The position numbers and the translations under genes are program-made. This document shows, one piece after another, positions 27,399-35,502 of a DNA stretch of 39,948 bases (the stretch's first letter is position 1; every line of letters starts with the position of its first letter). The notes beneath the pieces are model-generated. The model searched no databases. It had not been told where the DNA came from and saw only the letters and a list, made by a program, of their open reading frames with translations. The DNA comes from a virus (Duplodnaviria > Caudoviricetes), in the IMG/VR virus record IMGVR_UViG_3300020045_007761, positions 1 to 39,948 of that record; one strand, given 5' to 3'.

Positions 27399-28611
27399 AA
27401 TCAAATAATCCTTTTCCTTGTTGTTGTCTTTTTTTAAATTCTAAATATTTCTTGTAAGCATCTGTTTTATGTTGAGTAAAACTTAATCCTTTCATCCAAT
27501 AATCATTTCTTAGTAAGCTTTTACAAACTCTTCTCCAAGATGGAACTTTTTTGTTCATTTCTAAGCTCAAAACTGCTTCATCAGGTATTCCAGTTTCATA
27601 TCCTCTTTTCTCCCACCAATCTATAAAAGTTCTAATTTTAACTTTGTAGTGGTCTTTTGTTTGTGGTGGCATAGATTCTATTAATAATTCTGCAAAACTT
27701 TTCCAAGTATGATTATCAGGCTTAGTAATTTTATTGTATCCATTTATGTTCCCTGAGTCTTGAACATATAGTGCTCCACTATTTGCTCCACTTACTCTTG
27801 CAACCACTTTAGCCCAAGTATTAGGCTCAATTAAATGGAATAACCACAATCCTCTTCTTTGGTCATCTCCATAAGGTTGGCAAATTCTTTGTAGTGAAAT
27901 TGCCAATCCAGCTTTATTCATCAATTCATATAATTCGTTATATCTTTTGTCTCTATTTTTAGCGTGATAAATCCAAATATCTTCAGTTTTCCAATCGTAA
28001 ATAGGATACACATTAAATACGCTTTCAGTAACTTTAGTAGTATATTGTTTATTGTCTTTTTTAACTTTAGAACTACTTGCAATTGTTCTAAATCTGTTTA
28101 AACTTTCATCTGCTCTAATACCAACTAGACAAGCTGTGCTTTTACCTTTTGAGTACCACTCGCCAAATAAAGGTACAAAATCTTCAAACTCCATATTTTT
28201 TTTAAAGAATGGAAAATAATTAACATCACTAATTGCAATATCTGGCATTTGTCTAATCCAATCTTCTTGCTTTTCATCGTCCCAACAAGTCCATTTTGGC
28301 TCATAAACAGATACTGCATTTCTTAATGCAATTGGAAGGCAACACCAATAAACTTCAAGTACATCTTTATATAATTCAATCATTTCCAAAGCGTGGGCAA
28401 TTGTAAGTTTATACTGACCTTCTAAATCAACTAATAGTAAACCTATTTTTTGCTTTCTTCTTTGTGCTTCTTGTGCTACCAAGTGAAGCATAACCGTACT
28501 ATCTTTTCCAGCACTAAATGATAAATATATTCTTTCAAAATTATCAAAAGTCCAATTTACTCTATTAACTGCTTCTTTATATACATTTAACCCTAATCCT
28601 AACTTTGCCAT
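27397..28611 (-). CDS. ibrA: IbrA/YbdN-like PAPS-reductase-family protein (DUF3440)
   Basis: PP-loop SFSAGKDS, GIRADESLNRFR, YPIYDWKTEDIW, RICQPYGDDQRRGLWLF, SWRRVCKSLLRNDYW. Confidence 0.9.
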   Translation of the reverse strand: MAKLGLGLNVYKEAVNRVNWTFDNFERIYLSFSAGKDSTVMLHLVAQEAQRRKQKIGLLLVDLEGQYKLTIAHALEMIELYKDVLEVYWCCLPIALRNAVSVYEPKWTCWDDEKQEDWIRQMPDIAISDVNYFPFFKKNMEFEDFVPLFGEWYSKGKSTACLVGIRADESLNRFRTIASSSKVKKDNKQYTTKVTESVFNVYPIYDWKTEDIWIYHAKNRDKRYNELYELMNKAGLAISLQRICQPYGDDQRRGLWLFHLIEPNTWAKVVARVSGANSGALYVQDSGNINGYNKITKPDNHTWKSFAELLIESMPPQTKDHYKVKIRTFIDWWEKRGYETGIPDEAVLSLEMNKKVPSWRRVCKSLLRNDYWMKGLSFTQHKTDAYKKYLEFKKRQQQGKGLFD

Positions 28612-28991
28612 AAACTCCCCTTTAGTAGATGATTATATTGCCATTTTTTTAATACTTTTCTAGCTGTTTTATTAGCTTTTATTTGATTGTTTTCTTCAAC
28701 ATAAGACCAAGCTAATCTTGTAACAAAAGCTGGTGTATTATTTGCAATACAACAAGACGCTTGACCTATATAAGCAATTTTATTTAATGACGGGTCGGTT
28801 AAATTTTGTTCACAACTATAAACCCAATCATTAATAATTATATTTGCATATTTTTCAAATTCTTTTTGGTTGCTTAATAAATCTATACTTTTTTGAATAT
28901 GTTTTTGCACATCTTCACAAGTTGATTCATAAAAACCAGCCTTATAATCTTCCCATTTAGAAAAATGATGAAATATTTGTTTATTCTTCAT
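28599..28991 (-). CDS. Hypothetical protein between ibrB and ibrA
   Basis: KWEDYKAGFY..SCEQNLT..NKIAYIGQASCC; overlaps both neighbours. Confidence 0.75.
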   Translation of the reverse strand: MKNKQIFHHFSKWEDYKAGFYESTCEDVQKHIQKSIDLLSNQKEFEKYANIIINDWVYSCEQNLTDPSLNKIAYIGQASCCIANNTPAFVTRLAWSYVEENNQIKANKTARKVLKKWQYNHLLKGSLWQS

Positions 28992-29638
28992 CTTCTAAAC
29001 TTTCAACTCTCCAAGCTTCGCTAAATTCTTTATCTGCAAAAGCTTCAAGCAATCCAGTTATTTGAGAAAGTCTTAAAACTTCATCTTGATCCATACCTAA
29101 TTCAGTAGATATTTTTTTATCGCTCCAATTTCTCTTTTTTTAAATCTAAAACAATATCTGCCATTGCTTCAACTATATGCTTCCCTCTCGCTCTATTATG
29201 TCTAATAGTAGATGCAATCCTATCGTTTTTACCTTCTCTATCTTCCGTTACTGCAACAATTGGTAAATATCCGTGTATTCTTTCTTGAATGTCTTTGCAT
29301 TCTTTTCCGACTCTATGTCTATGAAATCCGTCAATTACTTCATTTTCTACTTTATCAGAATTAGCCCAAGTAACAATAGGTTGAGTATATCCATCATTTG
29401 CAATCGATAATCTTAATAATTCCATTTCGGGTGGTGCAACAGTATTTGGATTGTAGTCGTTAGCTCCAACAGTTGTATTTTTTACCCATCTAACAAAATC
29501 TACTGGCTCATTTTTAAATGGGCTTATATTATGTAGCTCCTCTCTTATTATGTTTAAACATTCAATAAGTTCATCAATTTCTAAACCTTTTAATTTTTGA
29601 ATTAATGGCTTAACTTCTATTTTAATTTGTTCTCTCAT
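28981..29638 (-). pseudogene. ibrB: IbrB/YbdM-like ParB/Srx-domain protein, frameshifted at an A7 run (29135-29141)
   Basis: ANDYNPNTVAPPEMELL, GYTQPIV, IDGFHR, STIRHNRARGKH. Removing one A restores KKRNWSDKKISTELGMDQDEVLRLSQITGL..FSEAW to TAA 28981. Confidence 0.85.
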
Positions 29639-29661
29639 TTACTCTTTTCTCCTTAAATAAA

Positions 29662-29737
29662 TTAAAATAATTTTAACTAACATAACCTTAATCCATTATA
29701 AATTTATATGCTATAATTAAAATAAAAAAGGATACTT
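29662..29737. promoter_or_regulatory. Divergent promoter unit: TTAAAATAATTTTAA (29662-29676) and TGCTATAAT (29709-29717)
   Basis: Recurrent motif pair. Confidence 0.6.
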
Positions 29738-29926
29738 ATGTATAAAAAGATTATTGAGAATACTTTTGAAATTGGCTCACATAAAATAACAACTGAGTTT
29801 TTTGAATTAGATAAATTATCTGAAAGAGAAAGTAAAATTTTAAACAATGCTATTAAGTCGGGTGTTATTGAGGTCGTAGAAGAAGTTAAAGAAGAAACTA
29901 AGGCTATTAAAAAAACTAAAGCTTAA
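29738..29926 (+). CDS. Small protein, probably the post-MCP head module gene
   Basis: AAGGA RBS; Glu/Lys-rich tail. Confidence 0.6.
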   Translation: MYKKIIENTFEIGSHKITTEFFELDKLSERESKILNNAIKSGVIEVVEEVKEETKAIKKTKA

Positions 29927-29927
29927 G

Positions 29928-30218
29928 CTATATAAAATCCCATATATTACTCTGATACAATAAATGGGACTTAGCTTTTACTCTTAATTGTTCATTTGTA
30001 TAAATCACTTTATACTCTATAAATTCATTAGTCTTACAATCCATAGCTAAATCAATCTCTTTTTCTACATTCTTTAATCTAAGATTTTCAAAGAATATTA
30101 TCAACATACTTTTTCTATGTTTTGTAAGGTTTTTATATTTCAAGAAACCAGCTAACATTTCGATATTATCGTCAAGTAGACTACATAGGAAATAATAATC
30201 GTTTATTAGTTGTTTCAA
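29928..30218 (-). CDS. Hypothetical protein
   Basis: ORF downstream of the YopX-like gene. Confidence 0.55.
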   Translation of the reverse strand: MKQLINDYYFLCSLLDDNIEMLAGFLKYKNLTKHRKSMLIIFFENLRLKNVEKEIDLAMDCKTNEFIEYKVIYTNEQLRVKAKSHLLYQSNIWDFI

Positions 30219-30228
30219 AGTTTTTGCC

Positions 30229-30648
30229 TTAGTTTAATAGTTCTTGGTTTTCGTATATGTTTCCAATAATATAATCATCTTTTAAAAAATCTATATTGTC
30301 GCTGTATAATGCAAATGAGTAAAGTGTTCCTTTACTATGTATCTCATTCTCTTTTAATGATTTTATACAAAAACCAGAACCAGCATAAATGACTTCATAA
30401 TCTTCTATTTTTTCTCCTTGTCTACTATTATGACTTCTAATAATATCACCCTCAAAAATTTCAACATTATTTTTATCTTTTAATCCAGTGTATTGCATAA
30501 TCTTAACTATATCATCATCAATAATAAAAGTTTCACCTAATCCCAAGAATAAGATATAAGAATCTTCACCGTATCCTTTTCCTATTGCAATTTCATATTC
30601 CATTGATTCTGACTTTGTATCCCACGCTCTAAATTTAATCTCTCTCAT
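30229..30648 (-). CDS. YopX family protein
   Basis: MREIKFRAWD..MQYTGLKDKNNVEIFEGDII..IIGNIYENQELL. Confidence 0.92.
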   Translation of the reverse strand: MREIKFRAWDTKSESMEYEIAIGKGYGEDSYILFLGLGETFIIDDDIVKIMQYTGLKDKNNVEIFEGDIIRSHNSRQGEKIEDYEVIYAGSGFCIKSLKENEIHSKGTLYSFALYSDNIDFLKDDYIIGNIYENQELLN

Positions 30649-30670
30649 CCTCTTTATCCTCTTAATAAAT

Positions 30671-30747
30671 TTAAAATAATTTTAGCGAATAAAACTATAA
30701 ATCAAACTTAAAAAACTATTATATAATTAAAATAAAAAGGATTAATT
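30671..30747. promoter_or_regulatory. Divergent promoter unit: TTAAAATAATTTTAG (30671-30685) and TATAAT (30722-30727)
   Basis: Recurrent motif pair. Confidence 0.55.
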
Positions 30748-31098
30748 TTGATAACATCAACAGATTTTAAAATTAGATTCCCTGAATTTACAAGCATAGC
30801 AGATGCGAAAATAAATCTTTTAATCGATGAAGCATATTTGTCAATCGGTGCGAAATATGGCAAGTTTCAAGATACAGCAGTTTTATATTTTGTAGCCCAC
30901 AACTTAGTTATTGAAACGAACGGATTAAATGCTATGAGTGCAACTGTATCAAGTCAATCAGTAGATGGTGTAAGTGTATCTTATGCAATGCCTACAACAA
31001 TCAATGAGATTAACGCTTATTATGGTTCAACTGGGTATGGACAAAAGTATTTATACTATTTTAATATAGTTAGAGTTGGACAAGCTAGTATCGTATGA
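30748..31098 (+). CDS. Head-tail adaptor (DUF4054-like)
   Basis: FKIRFPEF, VAHNL, SQSVDGVSVSY, STGYGQKY. Confidence 0.88.
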   Translation: MITSTDFKIRFPEFTSIADAKINLLIDEAYLSIGAKYGKFQDTAVLYFVAHNLVIETNGLNAMSATVSSQSVDGVSVSYAMPTTINEINAYYGSTGYGQKYLYYFNIVRVGQASIV

Positions 31099-31553
31099 AA
31101 AATGATAACTCTTTATTTGTGGCGTATGAAAAGAATTTGCAACAGTTTAAAGACTCGGTTGTAAAAGCTGGAATACTTGCAAAAGATGGAAGTGAGAACC
31201 ATAGTGGGGGGGTTACTATATTTCAAATTGGTATGATTCACGAGTTTGGAGTACCTGAGAAAAATATACCTAGAAGAAGTTTTATAAGAGTACCGATTGA
31301 AAACAATATAAAAGAGATAACTAAACTAATTGAGAATAATCATAGGTTGGTTAGCGAGAATGCTATGAGTGCAAAAGTTGCTTTAGATAGGATAGGGATT
31401 AAAGCTCAAAATACCATCAAAGAATCATTTAGAAATAACGATTGGAAAGCAAATAGTAAAGCCACGGTAAAGAGAAAAAGAAGTAGTCTTCCACTTATTG
31501 ACACGGGGCAACTCATAGGCTCAATTAGTTATATAGTAGAAAAGGAAAGTTAA
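31095..31553 (+). CDS. Neck/virion morphogenesis protein
   Basis: IHEFG..IPRRSFIR, PLIDTGQLIGSISY. Confidence 0.85.
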   Translation: MKNDNSLFVAYEKNLQQFKDSVVKAGILAKDGSENHSGGVTIFQIGMIHEFGVPEKNIPRRSFIRVPIENNIKEITKLIENNHRLVSENAMSAKVALDRIGIKAQNTIKESFRNNDWKANSKATVKRKRSSLPLIDTGQLIGSISYIVEKES

Positions 31554-31873
31554 TGTTACCAAATTTAAGTCAAGTAGTAAACAATTTTAGTCAAACAATA
31601 ACGCTAAAAAAAACAACTCAAATGATAGTAAATTATAAGCCAGTTAATACAGTTGTGGAGTCGCAAATTAAAGCTACTATTCAAGTTGCAAGTGATGAAA
31701 CATTAAAGGTAAATAACTTAGATACAAGTAAATCTTATTTTACTATTCATAGCACAAGTGCTTTAAAAGTTAATGATATTGTGGTTTATAAAGGTAAGAA
31801 TTTAAAAGTAATTCCGATTAGAGATAATTCAGATTATGGATTTTATAAAGGGATTGGAGAACAAATATTATGA
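31553..31873 (+). CDS. Head closure protein (putative)
   Basis: Size, synteny, SDYGFYK motif. Confidence 0.7.
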   Translation: MLPNLSQVVNNFSQTITLKKTTQMIVNYKPVNTVVESQIKATIQVASDETLKVNNLDTSKSYFTIHSTSALKVNDIVVYKGKNLKVIPIRDNSDYGFYKGIGEQIL

Positions 31874-32352
31874 TTAACATTCAAATAGCAGATTTTACAA
31901 AAGCCTTAATGAATAATGAAGATTTAATTATCATTTTAGGTCGTGAGAATTTTGAAAATGTGGACTTCACAAAAGATTTAATTTTAATTGATTCTTTAAC
32001 GGTTGCTAGAAACATAAGTGCAACGGATAGTTACAACGGAACAGATGAAATACAAACATTCACAACTTACTTTAATCAAACATTTACTTTAGATTTTTAT
32101 GGAGATAATGCCTACACAAATGCTAATAAATTTGTAGCATTATTAAGAAGTGAAAAAGCCAATTGGTATTTAAAGGATTATAGTTTATCTATGCTAAACG
32201 CAAATAGTATTATTGATTTAAAAGATTTATTAGGGACGGATTACACTAATAGGTATCAAATAGAAGTTAGTGTTAATTATTTTGTTAATGTGGCTATTGA
32301 TACGCTTAGGATTGATAGTGTGGAGTGGGAGCTTAGTTTGGTTGAGGAATAA
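31870..32352 (+). CDS. Tail completion/terminator protein (putative)
   Basis: TLDFYGDNA motif; last neck gene before the sheath. Confidence 0.7.
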   Translation: MINIQIADFTKALMNNEDLIIILGRENFENVDFTKDLILIDSLTVARNISATDSYNGTDEIQTFTTYFNQTFTLDFYGDNAYTNANKFVALLRSEKANWYLKDYSLSMLNANSIIDLKDLLGTDYTNRYQIEVSVNYFVNVAIDTLRIDSVEWELSLVEE

Positions 32353-32539
32353 TCTTAAAAGACTATTCCCATTATAAACAACAATATTATAATAGCTATG
32401 ATAATTATAAAACTATTAGTATAGCTATTTGCACTGTTTGATGGTGGTATATACATTTTAATTCTCCTTTTTTAATGTGGCTATTGATACGCTTAGAATT
32501 GATAATATTGAATGGGAACTTAGGTTGGTTGAGGAATAA
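32285..32539 (+). repeat. 68-bp imperfect direct repeat (32285-32352 and 32472-32539; 7 mismatches) duplicating the 3' end of the 31870-32352 gene
   Basis: Manual alignment: NVAIDTLRIDSVEWELSLVEE* versus NVAIDTLRIDNIEWELRLVEE*. Confidence 0.95.
32355..32456 (-). CDS. 33-aa single-TM peptide (not in ORF track)
   Basis: MYIPPSNSANSYTNSFIIIIAIIILLFIMGIVF; AAGGAG RBS. Confidence 0.65.
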   Translation of the reverse strand: MYIPPSNSANSYTNSFIIIIAIIILLFIMGIVF

Positions 32540-32561
32540 AGACACTCCAAAAAAAGTGGCT

Positions 32562-33011
32562 CTACTCTTTATTTAAAAACTCTTTAAAGGTTGCATTTTC
32601 TTTTAAGTTTAGTATTTTTCCATTTTTTAAATCAATATGTAAATTAATATAATCTCCATATTCACCATCTACTGAATGACTATCTGGTACATATGCTTCT
32701 TCAAGTGAATATAAAACATTAAGGTTTTCATCTAACAAGTAATATTTGCCTTTATCTGTAACTTTCATATCATTAAGTTCAAAGATTAAATTATCTTCTA
32801 AGCTATTTGCTGAAACTCTATTGTTTAATTTGTTCCAATCAATAATACCATTAACATCAATACAGTCTTTCATAAAATCTACAATTTCGCCACTTTTAAT
32901 ATTGTAACTAATATCAAAAATATTACCATTTCTAAAAGGCATACAGCTAGGCATATCTTCTTCACCATATCTAACTGGCAAAACCAATCTTATGTATTTT
33001 GCTTTTTCCAT
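32562..33011 (-). CDS. Hypothetical phage protein
   Basis: AAGGAG RBS; acidic beta-rich protein (YVPD..YGDYINLHID). Confidence 0.75.
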   Translation of the reverse strand: MEKAKYIRLVLPVRYGEEDMPSCMPFRNGNIFDISYNIKSGEIVDFMKDCIDVNGIIDWNKLNNRVSANSLEDNLIFELNDMKVTDKGKYYLLDENLNVLYSLEEAYVPDSHSVDGEYGDYINLHIDLKNGKILNLKENATFKEFLNKE

Positions 33012-33030
33012 TCTATTTCTCCTTAAATAT

Positions 33031-33125
33031 TTAAAATTATTTTAACTAATCCAATCTTTAACCACGATTAAATTACAAGATTTTATTTTAGTTATAATTA
33101 GATAAATTTATAAAAAAGGAAAAAT
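33031..33125. promoter_or_regulatory. Divergent promoter unit: TTAAAATTATTTTAA (33031-33045) and TATAAT (33093-33098)
   Basis: Recurrent motif pair. Confidence 0.55.
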
Positions 33126-34622
33126 ATGGCAAATGTGAACAATGTTGTTAATGTTTCGGTTGTCCCTCAAGGTCGTTCATTATCTCGTACGAATATGAAT
33201 ATTGTTGCTTTATTCACTTCACAACTTGGAGCGTTATCAAGTGCGAATAGAACAAAAGCTTATACTGATTTATCAAGTATTGCTGATGATTTTGGCACAA
33301 CAAGTGCAGTATATCAACACGCATCGGTTTTATTTAGTGGTACTAAAAACCCTTGTAATTCAGGTGGTTATTTAGTTATTGCTTATTGGAGAGCTGTAAC
33401 GGAAACTGTAAGTGCAAAAGCTGGATATTTAAAAGGTATTCAATTAAGTGAATCAGTTATCGTTAGCACTTTACAATCTGTAAGTGATGGTTCATTTAAA
33501 GTAATTATTGATGGTTCAGAACAATCAATCACGGGATTAGATTTTAGAACTATTGACGAATTAGCTGATGTTGTTACTTTAATAAATGCAGAAATTACGG
33601 GTGCAACTGCTTCAATTAATGACCAAAGAATCATTATTACAAGTGCAACAACTGGTGCAACAAGTGAAGTATCTTTATTAACTGCAAATACAAGTGGTAC
33701 ATTTATAGGTGTTATTTTAGGTTTATCAATTGGTACTGGTGCTATTGCGTTTGATGGTTTGGATAGTGGAACATTAACTGCTGAAAGTAAAATTGATTCA
33801 GTTACTGAAGCTTTGAAAGAAGAACCATTTAAAGGGTTTACATTCTTAGACAATCCAACTGATGTAGAAAGTAAAGCTTTAGCAGTATTTGCACAAGCTA
33901 ACGACATTCTATCTTATGATGTTTTTGATAGTGCTTCAAACCTAGAAAAAGATATTGCAAATGTTGTTTGGGAGATTAAGCTTTCAGGTTTAGAAAATTA
34001 TAGAATGATTTACAGAAAAGACGGTGATAGAAAAGTAGCAACTGCTGAAATGACTAGACTCCATACTGTAAACTTCAATAATGAAAATAGTGCAATTACT
34101 TTAAACTTAAAAGAGTTAAAAGGTATTGTTTCTGAAGATTATTCGCAAGACGAAATCAATAAAGCTAAAAAAGTAGGGTTAGATTTATATACTAATTTCG
34201 GGGATTTACCTAAATTATTAACAAGTGGAGCGAATGGTTGGGCGGATAATGTTTATAATATTATTGCTATTAAAAACTATATTCAAACAGATGTGTTTAA
34301 TTTACTTGGTACAACTGGAACTAAGTTAGCTCAAATTAAAAGAGATGTTAATAAAATTGTTGATACGATTGAAAAGACTTTGATTTTATTTAGGAAGGCA
34401 AATGTTATTGGTGCTGGGACTTGGAATAGTCCTGATGATTTTGGGGACCCATTATTATTTAGAAGAAGCATTTTAGCAAACGGATATTTTATTTTTGCTC
34501 AATCTTTAGCCGATCAAGCACAAAGTGATAGAGTAGCAAGAAAAAGTCCTGCAATTCAAGTAGCTTTAAAACTAGCTGGTGCAATTCATTCAGTAGACAT
34601 TACATTAAGTATAGAGGAGTAA
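33126..34622 (+). CDS. Tail sheath protein (DUF3383-like)
   Basis: NVVNVSV, ADDFGTTS, TLNLKELKG, DRVARKSP..LAGAIHSVDI. Confidence 0.9.
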   Translation: MANVNNVVNVSVVPQGRSLSRTNMNIVALFTSQLGALSSANRTKAYTDLSSIADDFGTTSAVYQHASVLFSGTKNPCNSGGYLVIAYWRAVTETVSAKAGYLKGIQLSESVIVSTLQSVSDGSFKVIIDGSEQSITGLDFRTIDELADVVTLINAEITGATASINDQRIIITSATTGATSEVSLLTANTSGTFIGVILGLSIGTGAIAFDGLDSGTLTAESKIDSVTEALKEEPFKGFTFLDNPTDVESKALAVFAQANDILSYDVFDSASNLEKDIANVVWEIKLSGLENYRMIYRKDGDRKVATAEMTRLHTVNFNNENSAITLNLKELKGIVSEDYSQDEINKAKKVGLDLYTNFGDLPKLLTSGANGWADNVYNIIAIKNYIQTDVFNLLGTTGTKLAQIKRDVNKIVDTIEKTLILFRKANVIGAGTWNSPDDFGDPLLFRRSILANGYFIFAQSLADQAQSDRVARKSPAIQVALKLAGAIHSVDITLSIEE

Positions 34623-34625
34623 GAA

Positions 34626-35054
34626 ATGGCAGTATCAAGATTTTTAACAAATAGCACTACTTTAGTGCTAAATGGTGAGTTAATAAAAGATTTTATTAAT
34701 GGTGATGTTATTGAATTAGCTTTTGTTAATCCAAAAACAAGTAGAACTTATGGTGCGAATGGTGCTGTAAATGTTACTGAAAGAAGTGATGCAAAAGTAG
34801 CTACTTTAAAAGTTAATCTAATGAGATATTCAGATAATGACATTTGGATGACTGAAATGATGAATAGTGAAAGCGTTGTAATTTTTGATGGTTCTTTAAA
34901 AGAAGTTTATATCAAAGATGGAAGCGAAAGCGTTGAGAGTTGGGAAATTTTATCAGGAAGTTTTACTGAACAAAATGGAGTAACTAAAAATAATGTTGAA
35001 ACTAATGGAACAGTTTCTTATACTATCGAGTGTTTAGCTCGTAGATTAGTTTAA
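34626..35054 (+). CDS. Tail tube protein
   Basis: 142 aa, directly after the sheath gene. Confidence 0.8.
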   Translation: MAVSRFLTNSTTLVLNGELIKDFINGDVIELAFVNPKTSRTYGANGAVNVTERSDAKVATLKVNLMRYSDNDIWMTEMMNSESVVIFDGSLKEVYIKDGSESVESWEILSGSFTEQNGVTKNNVETNGTVSYTIECLARRLV

Positions 35055-35056
35055 GT

Positions 35057-35082
35057 AAGAGGGATTAATTTCCCTCTTTTTT
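35057..35082 (+). terminator. Intrinsic terminator after the tail tube gene
   Basis: AAGAGGGA-TTAATT-TCCCTCTT followed by a T run. Confidence 0.7.
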
Positions 35083-35400
35083 ATTATCTAGTATCCATTG
35101 ACAAGCTTTAAAAAACATATCTAAATCAAATAAAGTAGAGTTTGTATAATACACTTCGTATCCATTTTTGTATATTCTTATCATATGTGCTAATGAAACA
35201 ATTTCATAACCTTTATTATACGCCCACTCTTTACATTTATGAGCTAATTCGTAGATATTAATAGTAAACCAATTACCACTGAAACAATTAGTAATATTGT
35301 AAATAACTTTTAAAGTATTTCCATTAATTTCAAAATTCCATTCTCTATTCTCAATGCTATCAAATAGTTTTAGCTCTAACAATAACTCTCTACTAATCAT
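35065..35400 (-). CDS. Hypothetical protein (INIYELAHKCKEWA motif)
   Basis: AAGGAG RBS; sits where tail chaperones normally lie. Confidence 0.75.
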   Translation of the reverse strand: MISRELLLELKLFDSIENREWNFEINGNTLKVIYNITNCFSGNWFTINIYELAHKCKEWAYNKGYEIVSLAHMIRIYKNGYEVYYTNSTLFDLDMFFKACQWILDNKKEGN

Positions 35401-35417
35401 TCAAACTCCTTAAATCT

Positions 35418-35502
35418 TTAAAATAATTTTAACCAACTAATCCTTTTATCTCACTTAACTATTTTAGATATAATAAAATTAAAATTAGATAAAGGAGTAC
35501 TT
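35418..35502. promoter_or_regulatory. Divergent promoter unit: TTAAAATAATTTTAA (35418-35432) and TATAAT (35469-35474)
   Basis: Recurrent motif pair; 35469-35496 is identical to 38620-38647. Confidence 0.6.

Noticed and set aside
29130-29145. Programmed -1 frameshift in ibrB at the A run
   Set aside because: The conserved C-terminus is in the +1 frame, so a -1 slip would not reach it; a homopolymer indel fits better.
32285-32539. DGR template/variable repeat pair (5 of 7 differences are A in copy 2)
   Set aside because: No reverse transcriptase or Avd in the window, two differences are at non-A positions, and the changes are largely synonymous or conservative, fitting allelic divergence.
2370-33907. 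ORF-track entries overlapping real genes (2370-2561, 2554-2823, 5039-5233, 10243-10494, 10749-10955, 11652-11834, 15031-15219, 19511-19693, 20245-20451, 21276-21548, 25829-26068, 26720-26917, 28125-28319, 33440-33907)
   Set aside because: Shadow ORFs antisense to or inside well-supported genes, with no convincing RBS or motifs.
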